Positions 48,513 to 57,893 of a DNA stretch of 64,000 nt are shown here, piece by piece; the stretch's first letter is position 1; every line of letters starts with the position of its first letter. A program made the position numbers and the translations under genes. The notes under the pieces are model-generated. The model searched no databases. It was not told where the DNA came from and was given only the letters and a program-made list of their open reading frames with translations. The stretch comes from a virus, in the IMG/VR virus record IMGVR_UViG_3300002835_000068, positions 39,273 through 103,272 of that record. One strand, written 5' to 3'.

Positions 48513-49869
48513 CCTAATAGTTTTTGACTTAGATGGAGTTCTTGTTGATAGCAAGACTATTCACTTTGATGCACTTAACGATGCTTTGAGAGCACTAAGT
48601 CCTGACTATATAATTACTAAAGAGGAACAGGAAAACATATATGAGGGGCTTCCAACAAAGGCTAAACTAAGTCTTTTGAATAAATATAAGGGTCTTCCAG
48701 AAGAAAGTTTTGATAGTGTCTGGAGACTTAAGCAAGACATAACAAGTACTATGTTTTCAAATATTCCAGAAGATAAAGAACTAATTGGACTACTTACAAT
48801 AATTAAAGACAATAAGATTAATATAGCGGTAGCAAGTAATAGTATTCGTAATACTGTGTTTGATTGCTTAGAGGGGCTAGGTATCGTACACTTAATAGAC
48901 CATGTTGTAAGTAATGAAGACGTAAAGCATCCAAAGCCTCACCCAGAAATGTACTGGAAGGCTATGTCTTACTTTGGTGTGATTGCAGATGAGACTGTTA
49001 TTTTTGAGGATAGCCTTGTTGGTAAACTTGCTGCAAGAGATAGTAAGGCTACCCTGATTGAAATTAAAAATAGAGCAGACCTTACAGAGGATAAGATTAA
49101 TAAGGCTATTAGTCTTTTGCAATCTGGAAAAGGTACATGGAAAGATCAGGGACTTAATGTTTTAATACCAATGGCAGGCCTTGGAAGCCGTTTTAAGGAT
49201 GCTGGATATGTATTCCCTAAGCCGTTAGTGGAAGTAGACGGAAAGCCCATGATTCAGGCTGTAGTGGAGTCTATAGGGGTAAATGCAACATACACCTACA
49301 TAGTTCAAAAAGAACATTATGAGAAATATAATCTGTCTTACCTACTTAACCTTATAACTCCAGACTGCAATATTGTGCAGGTAGATGGGATAACAGAAGG
49401 AGCAGCAGTTACTTGTCTATTAGCAAAAGAATATATAGATAACGAGAGCCCATTAATCTTGGCTAATTCTGATCAGATAGTTGAATGGAATAGTAGGCAG
49501 TTTATCTATGATTTAATGACAAAAAATGCAGATGGAGGAATTGCTACATTTGAGTCCACACATCCAAAATGGTCTTATGCAAAAGTTAATTCAGATGGTT
49601 TAGTTACAGAGGTTGCAGAGAAAAAACCAATTAGCAATATAGCAACAGTTGGGATTTATTATTGGAAACATGGATCAGACTTTGTTAAATATGCTGAGCA
49701 GATGATAGATAAAGACATTAGAACAAACAATGAGTTTTATGTTTGCCCTGTTTTTAATGAGGCGATTGCGGACAATAAGAGGGTGTTTGCAAGCAATATT
49801 AAAAAAATGTGGGGGGTAGGAACCCCAGAAGATTTAAATAACTACAACTATAGGAGAGATAATGATTAA
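48505..49869 (+). CDS. HAD phosphatase fused to sugar-nucleotidyltransferase-like domain
   Basis: FDLDGVL, KPHP, FEDS; IPMAGLGSRF, PKPL, NSDQ, EKK, GTPEDL. Confidence 0.88.
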   Translation: MTSLIVFDLDGVLVDSKTIHFDALNDALRALSPDYIITKEEQENIYEGLPTKAKLSLLNKYKGLPEESFDSVWRLKQDITSTMFSNIPEDKELIGLLTIIKDNKINIAVASNSIRNTVFDCLEGLGIVHLIDHVVSNEDVKHPKPHPEMYWKAMSYFGVIADETVIFEDSLVGKLAARDSKATLIEIKNRADLTEDKINKAISLLQSGKGTWKDQGLNVLIPMAGLGSRFKDAGYVFPKPLVEVDGKPMIQAVVESIGVNATYTYIVQKEHYEKYNLSYLLNLITPDCNIVQVDGITEGAAVTCLLAKEYIDNESPLILANSDQIVEWNSRQFIYDLMTKNADGGIATFESTHPKWSYAKVNSDGLVTEVAEKKPISNIATVGIYYWKHGSDFVKYAEQMIDKDIRTNNEFYVCPVFNEAIADNKRVFASNIKKMWGVGTPEDLNNYNYRRDND

Positions 49870-50299
49870 AATAGCACATCGTGGAAATACACGAGGACCA
49901 AAACCAGAGTTAGAGAATAGCCCAGAGTATATTTCTAAGGCTATAGAAGATGGCTTTGAGGTTGAAATAGATATCTGGTTTCAAGATGGTGAAGGATTCT
50001 TTCTTGGACATGACTATCCTAAGTATAAAATAGATGAAGATTTTATAGGTGCGGTCAATCCTCATGCATGGTTTCACTGCAAAGACCTCCTGTCTCTTGA
50101 AAAATTTATAAATGATTATTCACATGCAAGATTTTTTTGGCATCAAGAAGACTCATTTACTCTTACAAGCAGTAAGCATATATGGACATATCCTGGAAAA
50201 GAAATAGTAAGTAATACTATACTTGTTCATTTAGAGGAGTTTAACGAAGATGATTTTGAAACAAAGCCATTTGCAATCTGTAGCGACTTTCTGGTATAA
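49862..50299 (+). CDS. GDPD/PLC-like phosphodiesterase
   Basis: IAHRGN, EN, VEID, GHD, HCK, ICSD. Confidence 0.8.
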   Translation: MIKIAHRGNTRGPKPELENSPEYISKAIEDGFEVEIDIWFQDGEGFFLGHDYPKYKIDEDFIGAVNPHAWFHCKDLLSLEKFINDYSHARFFWHQEDSFTLTSSKHIWTYPGKEIVSNTILVHLEEFNEDDFETKPFAICSDFLV

Positions 50300-50323
50300 T
50301 AGAGTTTAAAGAAATAGGTAACT

Positions 50324-50542
50324 ATGTGGTCATGGATTCTTGCCGTAATAGGCGTAACTGGTATATTTTTTGTAGGTCGAAAGACTATCTGGGGTTGGAT
50401 CGTACTTTTATTTAATGAAGTGCTGTGGATAGCCTATGCCTTATATACAGACCAGTATGGGTTCATATTTAGTGCTCTAGCATATGCAGCCGTTTATATT
50501 AAATCATACTTGCATTGGAGGAGAGAAGATGAGAAGTCATAA
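50324..50542 (+). CDS. Small three-TM membrane protein (half-PnuC-like)
   Basis: Hydrophobic; GW..., QYG; own TGGTATAAT. Confidence 0.55.
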   Translation: MWSWILAVIGVTGIFFVGRKTIWGWIVLLFNEVLWIAYALYTDQYGFIFSALAYAAVYIKSYLHWRREDEKS

Positions 50543-50699
50543 AGAGTACGAAGACTTAGACTCTACCGTTGACCTAGTGATTCATACAAAATCTCCCAAT
50601 AAATGGCTCCTGATTGATCGTGAAACTGGGGAAGTTTACCAGGGAAATTCTGGTGGGTTTTGGGACAGATTAGATCCAGTAGAAAAAGGCAAAAGATAA
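50529..50699 (+). CDS. Hypothetical protein
   Basis: HTKSPNKWLLIDRETGEVY. Confidence 0.55.
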   Translation: MRSHKEYEDLDSTVDLVIHTKSPNKWLLIDRETGEVYQGNSGGFWDRLDPVEKGKR

Positions 50700-50935
50700 T
50701 GTATACAATAAACATGAAAAAGGCTTTTCGTTCAATAACACCTCCAAAAAATTTTTCATTACAGATAATTGATAATGATAACTTCTTAACAGTGAAGGCA
50801 AGTGAGGATCAATTTATGAAGTTGCCTGGTGAAGATAGGAAGGTTGCCGTAGAGTATATGATTCGTGTAAAAAAAGCATTAGAAGACAACGGCGCAATCG
50901 TATTATTAGTAAGAGATGGTGGCAAAGACCTTTGA
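50699..50935 (+). CDS. Hypothetical protein
   Basis: TAATG coupling. Confidence 0.6.
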   Translation: MYTINMKKAFRSITPPKNFSLQIIDNDNFLTVKASEDQFMKLPGEDRKVAVEYMIRVKKALEDNGAIVLLVRDGGKDL

Positions 50936-51516
50936 AAGAGTTTATTCTAAAATATGGAAGTGCTGGAACCTGGATCACTGATGATTTATTTTTAGTATCT
51001 AGTTTACCACTTGAAGACATAGACATTAGCAATAAAAAAGATATAAGAGAAAGACTACTAACACTTGTTAAGGCAAAATTTAAATATAAAAAAAATATCA
51101 CAATAACAGATGAACCTTCTGATTCTGGGATAACTTCTATTGTCTGTCTTTCAGATGTCTGCAAAATAGAGATGCTTGGAAGTACACATACTTTAGAAAA
51201 AAGGTTTATAATTATGTTTATTGGAAACGAAAATTACAAACTTGTAGATGGTGAATTTTTAGTTGAAACATTTAAGTATAAAGATGGATTGGACGGTTTT
51301 GGAACTGGAAGCAAGAAGTATATAGTTACATCAACAATAAGAGATGTATATGAATTGCCAGTAAACGCAGAATCAGAAGAGGATGCTTTAGAAAAGTCAA
51401 AAAATTATCACATAAATGATTGGCATCACCTAGAAGACACAGATGAACATTTGAGAGATGTTGTTTTTGTTAGGGCAGCAAAATGGGGCAACTTCGAAGT
51501 AAGGGAGATAAATTAA
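50932..51516 (+). CDS. Hypothetical protein
   Basis: 194 aa ORF, TTGA overlap. Confidence 0.55.
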   Translation: MKEFILKYGSAGTWITDDLFLVSSLPLEDIDISNKKDIRERLLTLVKAKFKYKKNITITDEPSDSGITSIVCLSDVCKIEMLGSTHTLEKRFIIMFIGNENYKLVDGEFLVETFKYKDGLDGFGTGSKKYIVTSTIRDVYELPVNAESEEDALEKSKNYHINDWHHLEDTDEHLRDVVFVRAAKWGNFEVREIN

Positions 51517-51518
51517 AA

Positions 51519-51944
51519 ATGTTTGATTTTTTTGCATTTGTAATTTTTATTTTTGTATTTTTCTTTTTGGTTTATAAAAACATTAAACTAAGGCTTAAGA
51601 TATCTTCAGTAACATTAGAGTTGATAAAAGCACACCTAGATAAAACAATAGTGTCAGAAAAGTTGACAGAGTTGCAAGAAATAAATAAAAATAGGAGCAA
51701 TCTGGATCAGGAGGCTTTCTTAAAATTTATTTCAGACTCAAGAGATTGGGCTTACCAATATATAGATGATGTCCAGTCATCATTAAATAAGTTTGTTAGT
51801 GATGTAGAGCCTGAGATATTATATTTTGATACTTATGGGGACCTTATGGGTGCTGAGCCAAACTATAACGCAATGAAGAAAATTTCTGGGGCATACAAAG
51901 AACTAAAGAAACTGCTACCAGAAGACTATGATAGAATAGAGTAA
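51519..51944 (+). CDS. Membrane-anchored coiled-coil protein
   Basis: N-terminal TM; SRDWAYQYI. Confidence 0.6.
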   Translation: MFDFFAFVIFIFVFFFLVYKNIKLRLKISSVTLELIKAHLDKTIVSEKLTELQEINKNRSNLDQEAFLKFISDSRDWAYQYIDDVQSSLNKFVSDVEPEILYFDTYGDLMGAEPNYNAMKKISGAYKELKKLLPEDYDRIE

Positions 51945-52111
51945 TGATCGCCCTAAAGCATACTAAAAACCTCAACATGTTTATGTGTGAGGAAGAGTTG
52001 TGCGAGGACGAAAGTACGCAGATTTGGGCAAGTTCTGAAAGTAGAATAGTTGATCTGTGTGATTTACATTATAGTCAAGCAACACAATTCCTAGGAGGAA
52101 AAAATGAATGA
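51944..52111 (+). CDS. Small Cys/His protein, 55 aa, leaderless (not in ORF track)
   Basis: TGATAGAAT, 6 nt, ATG; CEEELC...LCDLH. Confidence 0.55.
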   Translation: MIALKHTKNLNMFMCEEELCEDESTQIWASSESRIVDLCDLHYSQATQFLGGKNE

Positions 52112-52403
52112 ACAAATTAAAGCAGCACTAGCGTCATACGGAAGATCAGTTCTTGGAGCAGCAACAGCAATGTATGCATCTGGAGTTACAGATCCACAGA
52201 CACTAGCATACTCACTACTTGGAGCACTTGTGCCCGTTGTATTGAGAGCAGCCAACCCTTCAGATACTGCATTTGGAAAGATGCCTTCAGTAGATGAGGT
52301 AGATGCAGCAGTTAAGTCTGCAAAGGTTGTTAAGAAGACCGCAAAGAAGGCTCCTGCAAAGAAGTCATCTGGCGGAGGCAAGACAACTAACCAAGTAAAG
52401 TAG
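52104..52403 (+). CDS. Holin-like protein with Lys-rich tail
   Basis: SYGRS, two TMs, LRAANPSD.AFG; SD AGGAGG. Confidence 0.65.
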   Translation: MNEQIKAALASYGRSVLGAATAMYASGVTDPQTLAYSLLGALVPVVLRAANPSDTAFGKMPSVDEVDAAVKSAKVVKKTAKKAPAKKSSGGGKTTNQVK

Positions 52404-52416
52404 TTTAAAAAGAATT

Positions 52417-52440
52417 AGGGGGCCTTTCGGCCCCCTTTTT
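52417..52440 (+). terminator. Terminator between convergent genes (possibly bidirectional)
   Basis: AGGGGGCC-tttc-GGCCCCCT plus T run; A run upstream. Confidence 0.85.
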
Positions 52441-52444
52441 CTAT

Positions 52445-53149
52445 TTAAAAAAGTTTTTTAAATTCTGGTTTATATGGAAACACTTTTAGTTTTGATCTTC
52501 TAAGTGCAGACTCATCATCTTCTCCAAAGAATAAAAATGAAACAATTGTCCATCTTGGATTGCCACTTTTAATTTCATGAATTTTATGTTCGTATGAATA
52601 TCCAGAGGGGAAAACGAGAAGATCTCCAGCCTTTGGTTTTATTGTAACTCCAAAGTGAATAAACTCTAGTTCTCCTCCTTCGTAATCATCATTTGGATAA
52701 TACACTAAAGAGACAGTTCTTGGTGTTGCATATGAGTCGTCGCTATGTGCACCAAAAAACTCGCCATTGGAAAATCTTGAAATTCTTAGAGACTCTCTAC
52801 TTTTTGGATCAATATTCCAGTGAAAACAATAGGAGTCGAGTATTCCACGAAAAGCATCATTGGCTTCTTCATGTTGCCACAGCCAGCATGTGTCTGACTG
52901 CTTTCCATTTTCCTTAGTATATTCTAGGTCATCAAAAAAATCTTCACGTACCCACTTCTTTGCTCCATCTTTACCATCTTTGTCTTCCCAAAAATCTTTG
53001 TCTAAAAGTCTATTCATTGTCTCCATTGAGTTTGGCCATACATTTCTATATAGGTGAACTCCAGGCGCAACGCTTTCAAAAGCGTATCTATTGCCTTCCT
53101 GGTCTTGAGTAAATCCTTCAGCAGCGTTTTGCATTCTTTGTTGATCCAT
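52445..53149 (-). CDS. Prolyl-4-hydroxylase-like 2OG-Fe(II) oxygenase
   Basis: HSD, NDDYEGGELEF, FPS..SYEH...G..R. Confidence 0.85.
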   Translation of the reverse strand: MDQQRMQNAAEGFTQDQEGNRYAFESVAPGVHLYRNVWPNSMETMNRLLDKDFWEDKDGKDGAKKWVREDFFDDLEYTKENGKQSDTCWLWQHEEANDAFRGILDSYCFHWNIDPKSRESLRISRFSNGEFFGAHSDDSYATPRTVSLVYYPNDDYEGGELEFIHFGVTIKPKAGDLLVFPSGYSYEHKIHEIKSGNPRWTIVSFLFFGEDDESALRRSKLKVFPYKPEFKKLF

Positions 53150-53174
53150 TGTGTTTACCAACCTTCCGTATTCA

Positions 53175-53197
53175 ATTATACCATGCTATGGTATACT
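53175..53197. promoter_or_regulatory. Back-to-back divergent extended -10 promoters
   Basis: ATTATACCA-tgcta-TGGTATACT. Confidence 0.7.
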
Positions 53198-53203
53198 ATA
53201 TAT

Positions 53204-53773
53204 ATGCTAGGAAATAAACAATTCGACGATAACTTTTTGCTAATCACCTATCCAAGAACTGGATCACATTTTTTGCACCGTTATTTAAAGCAATTAACAG
53301 GATTTGAAATTAAAAAAACACATTTTCCAAGATGGTCTGGGGATAAAAAGGTAATCACAATAATAAGAGATCCAAAAGAAACTTTAAAATCAGGATTCAC
53401 AATGTCAAAGCATCACGCAGTTAACCGAATAAAAGACTTTGACTGGGAAGAGCATAAACACGAAAGAGCCTTAACGAATATAACTGGATATAACTATTTC
53501 TTTGATTATATGACAGAGCATGCTGATGTCTTTATAGACTACAATACTTTGATTGAAAGGCCTTACGATGTTTGTAAATTTTTAGGAGACTATATTGGTT
53601 TACGAGTTAAGTCAAAAGAAGACTATATTCAGGTTTTAGAGGATATTCCTGGTCAAGAGTACCTTGTTTCAAGTAAAACATCTCCATATTATGAAGATAT
53701 GGATGTGTCTTGGGTAGATCTGTCTGCTCATTATGATAGGTATTATGAGATGCTTGCCAAGAAAAGTATCTAA
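53204..53773 (+). CDS. Sulfotransferase-like protein, leaderless
   Basis: TYPRTGS (5'-PSB-like), KTH, IIRDP..T (3'-PB-like), Y..L...P. Confidence 0.7.
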   Translation: MLGNKQFDDNFLLITYPRTGSHFLHRYLKQLTGFEIKKTHFPRWSGDKKVITIIRDPKETLKSGFTMSKHHAVNRIKDFDWEEHKHERALTNITGYNYFFDYMTEHADVFIDYNTLIERPYDVCKFLGDYIGLRVKSKEDYIQVLEDIPGQEYLVSSKTSPYYEDMDVSWVDLSAHYDRYYEMLAKKSI

Positions 53774-53783
53774 TTAAAGAATT

Positions 53784-54491
53784 GTGAAAATGAAAAATAT
53801 AAGAGTTTTAATAAATAGTGCCCCAAGGTCTGGTCATGCCTGGCTTCAGTATTTGCTATTAAAGTCAGTTAATTTTGATAATAATATTTCAATGGGAGAG
53901 ATTCACAGTCAATTCATAATACGTGAGAATGTTCCTGTTACACTTCTTGCTAAGTTCCCAGATGTGGTTCAAACAACAATACTTAGAAGCCCTCTAGAGA
54001 TAATACCTTCAGTTGTAACAAAAACTATTGGTGGATTTGGAAACACAAGGACTATGGGTGTGTCTATGCCACATGAAAATAACAGTTTGCCATCATTAGA
54101 TCAACTTGTAGACGGTGAGTTTAATGTTTATAAAAGGTGGTCTGGTTCAATTATTAAAAATATTGAAAACTTGGAAGCCTTCACCTTTGACCAGGTATGT
54201 GATAATCCAGAATTTGTTGTAGATAGCATAATGGCAAACTTCCAATATGAATATTTTAAGGTAAAGAATATAGACTTGCCAACCTTGTTAAAAGAAGCAC
54301 GGCAGGGAATAAGCCAACATGATAAAGGTAATCCAGGATTTAATAATCCATTACCAATAGGAAAGAAACCAGACATATACTATGAAGCATTAGATATTGT
54401 AAAGAACAACAGAAGACTTCAAGAATCTATTGAACTTTTTGAGTTAGCCAAAGATGAAATATACAAAAAGCAGGGACAGATAAATGGCTAG
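53784..54491 (+). CDS. Sulfotransferase-like protein
   Basis: SAPRSGHAWL, ILRSPLE..PS, FDQV..NP. Confidence 0.6.
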   Translation: MKMKNIRVLINSAPRSGHAWLQYLLLKSVNFDNNISMGEIHSQFIIRENVPVTLLAKFPDVVQTTILRSPLEIIPSVVTKTIGGFGNTRTMGVSMPHENNSLPSLDQLVDGEFNVYKRWSGSIIKNIENLEAFTFDQVCDNPEFVVDSIMANFQYEYFKVKNIDLPTLLKEARQGISQHDKGNPGFNNPLPIGKKPDIYYEALDIVKNNRRLQESIELFELAKDEIYKKQGQING

Positions 54492-55194
54492 AAGACCTGT
54501 CAGGCCTATGTCAGACGATGCTATAAGGTCTATTAATATAGATGAAATAGAAGATTCTGAAAAAATTAGTCAAAAGCAATTAAACAATGCAAGACTATTT
54601 TCTTCAAGGGAAGAGTACGCTAAAAGCCTTCCTAAAGGTATAAAGTACATGGAGGTAGGGGTTGCTTGGGGATACTCTGTTCAGATGTTCCTTGACGCTA
54701 CTGAAGCACAATCAGCAGACCTTGTGGACTTGTATAACCAGGACCTAAAGTGCTGGTCATGGAGAAAGTTTGGATCATGCCAGTGTAATGGTTTTAAGCA
54801 TGAACTTCTATATACCCCAGATACACATGAACAGTATATTATTGATAAGTTTAGTTCTTATAAAAATGTTAGAACAATAAAAGGAGATGCAACAAAGGTT
54901 ATTCCAGAATTAAAAAATAAATATAACTTAATCTATATAGATGTTTCAAATGATAGGTTTCTGACAAGAGAGGTTCTCAAACATTGTTCTTTGCTTGTAG
55001 AAGAAGGAGGAGTTATTGGTCTAAATGATTATCTTATCTACGATGGTATAATAGAAGATACCCCATACGGTACATTTCAAACAGTAAACGAGTTCTTACA
55101 CGATAATCCAGACTGGGAAGTAGATGCTATTGCCCTACACAATCTAGGGTTTTACGATATATACATAAGGAAAGGTAGTCATGGACCTACATAA
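54484..55194 (+). CDS. Class I SAM methyltransferase (Methyltransf_24-like)
   Basis: MEVGVAWG, VD, KGDA, LIYID, GG.IGLNDY. Confidence 0.8.
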   Translation: MARRPVRPMSDDAIRSINIDEIEDSEKISQKQLNNARLFSSREEYAKSLPKGIKYMEVGVAWGYSVQMFLDATEAQSADLVDLYNQDLKCWSWRKFGSCQCNGFKHELLYTPDTHEQYIIDKFSSYKNVRTIKGDATKVIPELKNKYNLIYIDVSNDRFLTREVLKHCSLLVEEGGVIGLNDYLIYDGIIEDTPYGTFQTVNEFLHDNPDWEVDAIALHNLGFYDIYIRKGSHGPT

Positions 55195-56221
55195 AAGAAG
55201 AGCCAGAAATGATAGCAAGATGATAGATGTCGAGTTTTCAGAAGATGCTATAAATGATTTACTAATTGGAGAATTAGACGGGACATGGGGAAGGTCTAGC
55301 CAGCATGTAAACCTAAAAAGAGATTTAGATGAATACTATAGGTCATACGGTTACTTCTTTGATGGTGAGTATCACAACTTTAACAAGATTCCTCCAGAAA
55401 GAATTCTTGATGGTAGAGAAGACTGGAAGGTTGACTATAAATATAATAAAGAATTTTTTAGATCAGACAACTTTAAAAAAAATCATGACGGGTTGCACAT
55501 TGTTTTTGGAGGTTGTTCTAATACAGAAGGAGTTGGGGCTCCAATAGAGAAAACTTGGTCCCATATGCTATATGAAGAACTATCTAAAGATTATAAAGTT
55601 TCTGGATATTTTAATCTAGGAAAGGGTGGGTATGGATGGCATAAAATAATATCCTCCTATCTTGATTATGAAAAAAGATTTGGATCTCCAGACATATTTG
55701 TTGTAAATCATCCAAATATCTTAAGAGACTATTACTGGGACAGTAAACAGGATAGATGGATATATGCTCAGCAGTATCCATATGCTGCAGAAGGAACAGA
55801 AGAAGAACTAGAAGAGGCTAAGACCTTAAGAGAAGGTCATCCTTATCATGGAATAAATATCAATGTTTTTCCAACATTAGATGAATACAGACGTGCTTTC
55901 CCAGTATGGCTAACTGCTTGGAACCTATTCCTTGAGTACTGTAATTCTAAAAATACAAAAGTTGTTTGGGGTATGTGGGATGGATCTGGCCAGGTAAGTT
56001 TAACAAACTGTGATATATTCTTACAATCTTATGTACGACTATATAGTGTAACAGAGTCCTTTATAGAAGAGTTTAGAAAAGATGGTAAGTTAGAAGATGG
56101 AGATATGGATGCAAGAGATGGACATCCAGGGTTTTTAGTACAACTTAACTGGAAGAATCAATTTATTAAATTTATAAAAGATAGGGGATTGTTAAATGAA
56201 AATCATAAAAAAAATAATTAG
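55181..56221 (+). CDS. SGNH-hydrolase-like protein (paralog C)
   Basis: YNKEFFRSDNF, FGGCSNTEG.G...TW, RDGHPG. Confidence 0.6.
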   Translation: MDLHKRRARNDSKMIDVEFSEDAINDLLIGELDGTWGRSSQHVNLKRDLDEYYRSYGYFFDGEYHNFNKIPPERILDGREDWKVDYKYNKEFFRSDNFKKNHDGLHIVFGGCSNTEGVGAPIEKTWSHMLYEELSKDYKVSGYFNLGKGGYGWHKIISSYLDYEKRFGSPDIFVVNHPNILRDYYWDSKQDRWIYAQQYPYAAEGTEEELEEAKTLREGHPYHGININVFPTLDEYRRAFPVWLTAWNLFLEYCNSKNTKVVWGMWDGSGQVSLTNCDIFLQSYVRLYSVTESFIEEFRKDGKLEDGDMDARDGHPGFLVQLNWKNQFIKFIKDRGLLNENHKKNN

Positions 56222-56281
56222 GAGATATAGGATGAAAAAAATTCTAAAAGAATTAAACAAAGATAGGAAGTTTATATACTA

Positions 56282-57052
56282 ATGAGTGGTACATTATACT
56301 TAATAGGATCTCCAATTGGAAACCCTGAAGATATAAGCGATAGGCTTATCAATGCTGTAACAAATGCAACAACTATTTGTGTTGAAGATGAGGGCAGATT
56401 CTCTGAATTTTGTAGAGAAAATAACTTAACCTATACTGCAGATATTGTTGACATATCGTATTCCGTTGGAAATGATCGTGAGTTTAACAATAAAGATTTA
56501 ATCATAAATAAACTATTGTCAGGAGAAGATGTTCATATTATTTCTGATGAAGGAATGCCAGGAGTGTGTGATCCAGGACATACACTTGCCTATCTAGCAG
56601 TTAAAAAGAATATACCAGTAAAAGTTTCTCCTGGACCATCAACAATTATTGCTGCTGCAATTACTGCAAATGTTGGAAATGGATTTTCTTTTGAGCAGTT
56701 TCCTCCTCATAATGAGCAGGGTCATGAAGAAATTTTGTGGGAGAGACTTCTTCAAAAAGATAACCCAATGATCTTCTTATTACAAAATCCTCTACATCTG
56801 CCTTCAGACAATGAGGAGAAGATTAATAAAGTTTGGCCTACAAATAGTGCTTTCTACTTTATTAATAAGGCTGTTGAAAAATTTGGGGAGAACAGAAATG
56901 CAGTCTTTTGTACAAACCTTACCTACCCTAATGAGTATGTACTTAGAGGAACACTAAAAACAATAAAAGAATATATAGATAACAACCCAACTAAGTTACA
57001 TAAGATGTGCATAGTTGTTGATGGAAAAGATAAAAAGGTTGCAGTTGCTTAG
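56282..57052 (+). CDS. rsmI: RsmI-like tetrapyrrole-family methyltransferase
   Basis: TLYLIGSPIGNPEDIS.R, VED, ISDEGMPGVCDPG, PGPS, NLT..E...G. Confidence 0.8.
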   Translation: MSGTLYLIGSPIGNPEDISDRLINAVTNATTICVEDEGRFSEFCRENNLTYTADIVDISYSVGNDREFNNKDLIINKLLSGEDVHIISDEGMPGVCDPGHTLAYLAVKKNIPVKVSPGPSTIIAAAITANVGNGFSFEQFPPHNEQGHEEILWERLLQKDNPMIFLLQNPLHLPSDNEEKINKVWPTNSAFYFINKAVEKFGENRNAVFCTNLTYPNEYVLRGTLKTIKEYIDNNPTKLHKMCIVVDGKDKKVAVA

Positions 57053-57177
57053 TTCTTTTTATGCTTTACTTCATATGGTGCAATTTTAGATTTAATGCGA
57101 CCATCTTTGTATAGTCTTACAATCCAGCCATCTTTAATCTGAATAGGGTTGAATGCTGATGCTTTTTTCTTTGGCAT
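57049..57177 (-). CDS. Small basic protein, 42 aa (not in ORF track)
   Basis: MPKKKASAFNPIQIKDGWIVRLYKDGRIK... Confidence 0.55.
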   Translation of the reverse strand: MPKKKASAFNPIQIKDGWIVRLYKDGRIKSKIAPYEVKHKKN

Positions 57178-57179
57178 AA

Positions 57180-57497
57180 TTAGTCCTTAAATAGATTGGT
57201 AACTCTTGTTTGTTTTGAGTAATCTTTTGCTGAAAAGAATATTGACTCTGTTTTTGTAACAGGTATGCAGTTTGGAACTGGATTACCATCTGCTCCTGGC
57301 TTCATTCCTCTTTGAACGTAGCCTTCCCAACATGGATCAGCCTTACCTATTGATGAGTCATACATAGCCATAGCAACCTCTGAGTCGTTATCTGAAGAGC
57401 ACACTGGACAGTCTGGACAGTCTACATTGAGTTGTTTACAGGTCTCACAGTCGCATCCTTGGTATGTACTTGTTGGCATCATTGAATCATCACTCAT
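57180..57497 (-). CDS. Cys-rich hypothetical protein, leaderless
   Basis: CDCETC..CPDCPVC, CWEGY...VPNC; TGGTATACT, 6 nt, ATG. Confidence 0.65.
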   Translation of the reverse strand: MSDDSMMPTSTYQGCDCETCKQLNVDCPDCPVCSSDNDSEVAMAMYDSSIGKADPCWEGYVQRGMKPGADGNPVPNCIPVTKTESIFFSAKDYSKQTRVTNLFKD

Positions 57498-57515
57498 ACT
57501 ATCAGTATACCATAT

Positions 57516-57782
57516 TTAACTAGCAAGACGGTTATGAGTTCTTATCCTATGGCAGTTGGCACAAACTACTTCGCATTTTTCAATCTCTTTTTTTATAGCC
57601 TTCCATGAAAAACCATCATGGATCATTCTTGATATGTTGTATTTCTTGTCTCTTATGTGATCAAAGTCTAGGATTATATGGTTACCAACACCACAATCTA
57701 CACAGCCAGAATCCTCTTTTATCTTAGCAAGCATCTTCTTATACTGCTGCTTATTATAATGGTCCAACTCTTTGTCAGTCAT
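57516..57782 (-). CDS. HNH endonuclease
   Basis: CVDCG, DFDH, CEVVCANCHRIRT. Confidence 0.85.
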   Translation of the reverse strand: MTDKELDHYNKQQYKKMLAKIKEDSGCVDCGVGNHIILDFDHIRDKKYNISRMIHDGFSWKAIKKEIEKCEVVCANCHRIRTHNRLAS

Positions 57783-57809
57783 TGATATTATTATACCGCC
57801 AAATGTTAG

Positions 57810-57893
57810 GCCCCACACAGGCAATTCACCTGACTTGCGCCACGGTCTCTATCCAATGGGTAACTAATCCATCACTAAGGTCCTGTGTGGGAC
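57810..57893 (-). ncRNA. Candidate 84-nt structured RNA with its own promoter
   Basis: 12-bp terminal stem GUCCCACACAGG/CCUGUGUGGGGC; 5' G lies 7 nt after TGCTACAAT. Confidence 0.55.
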
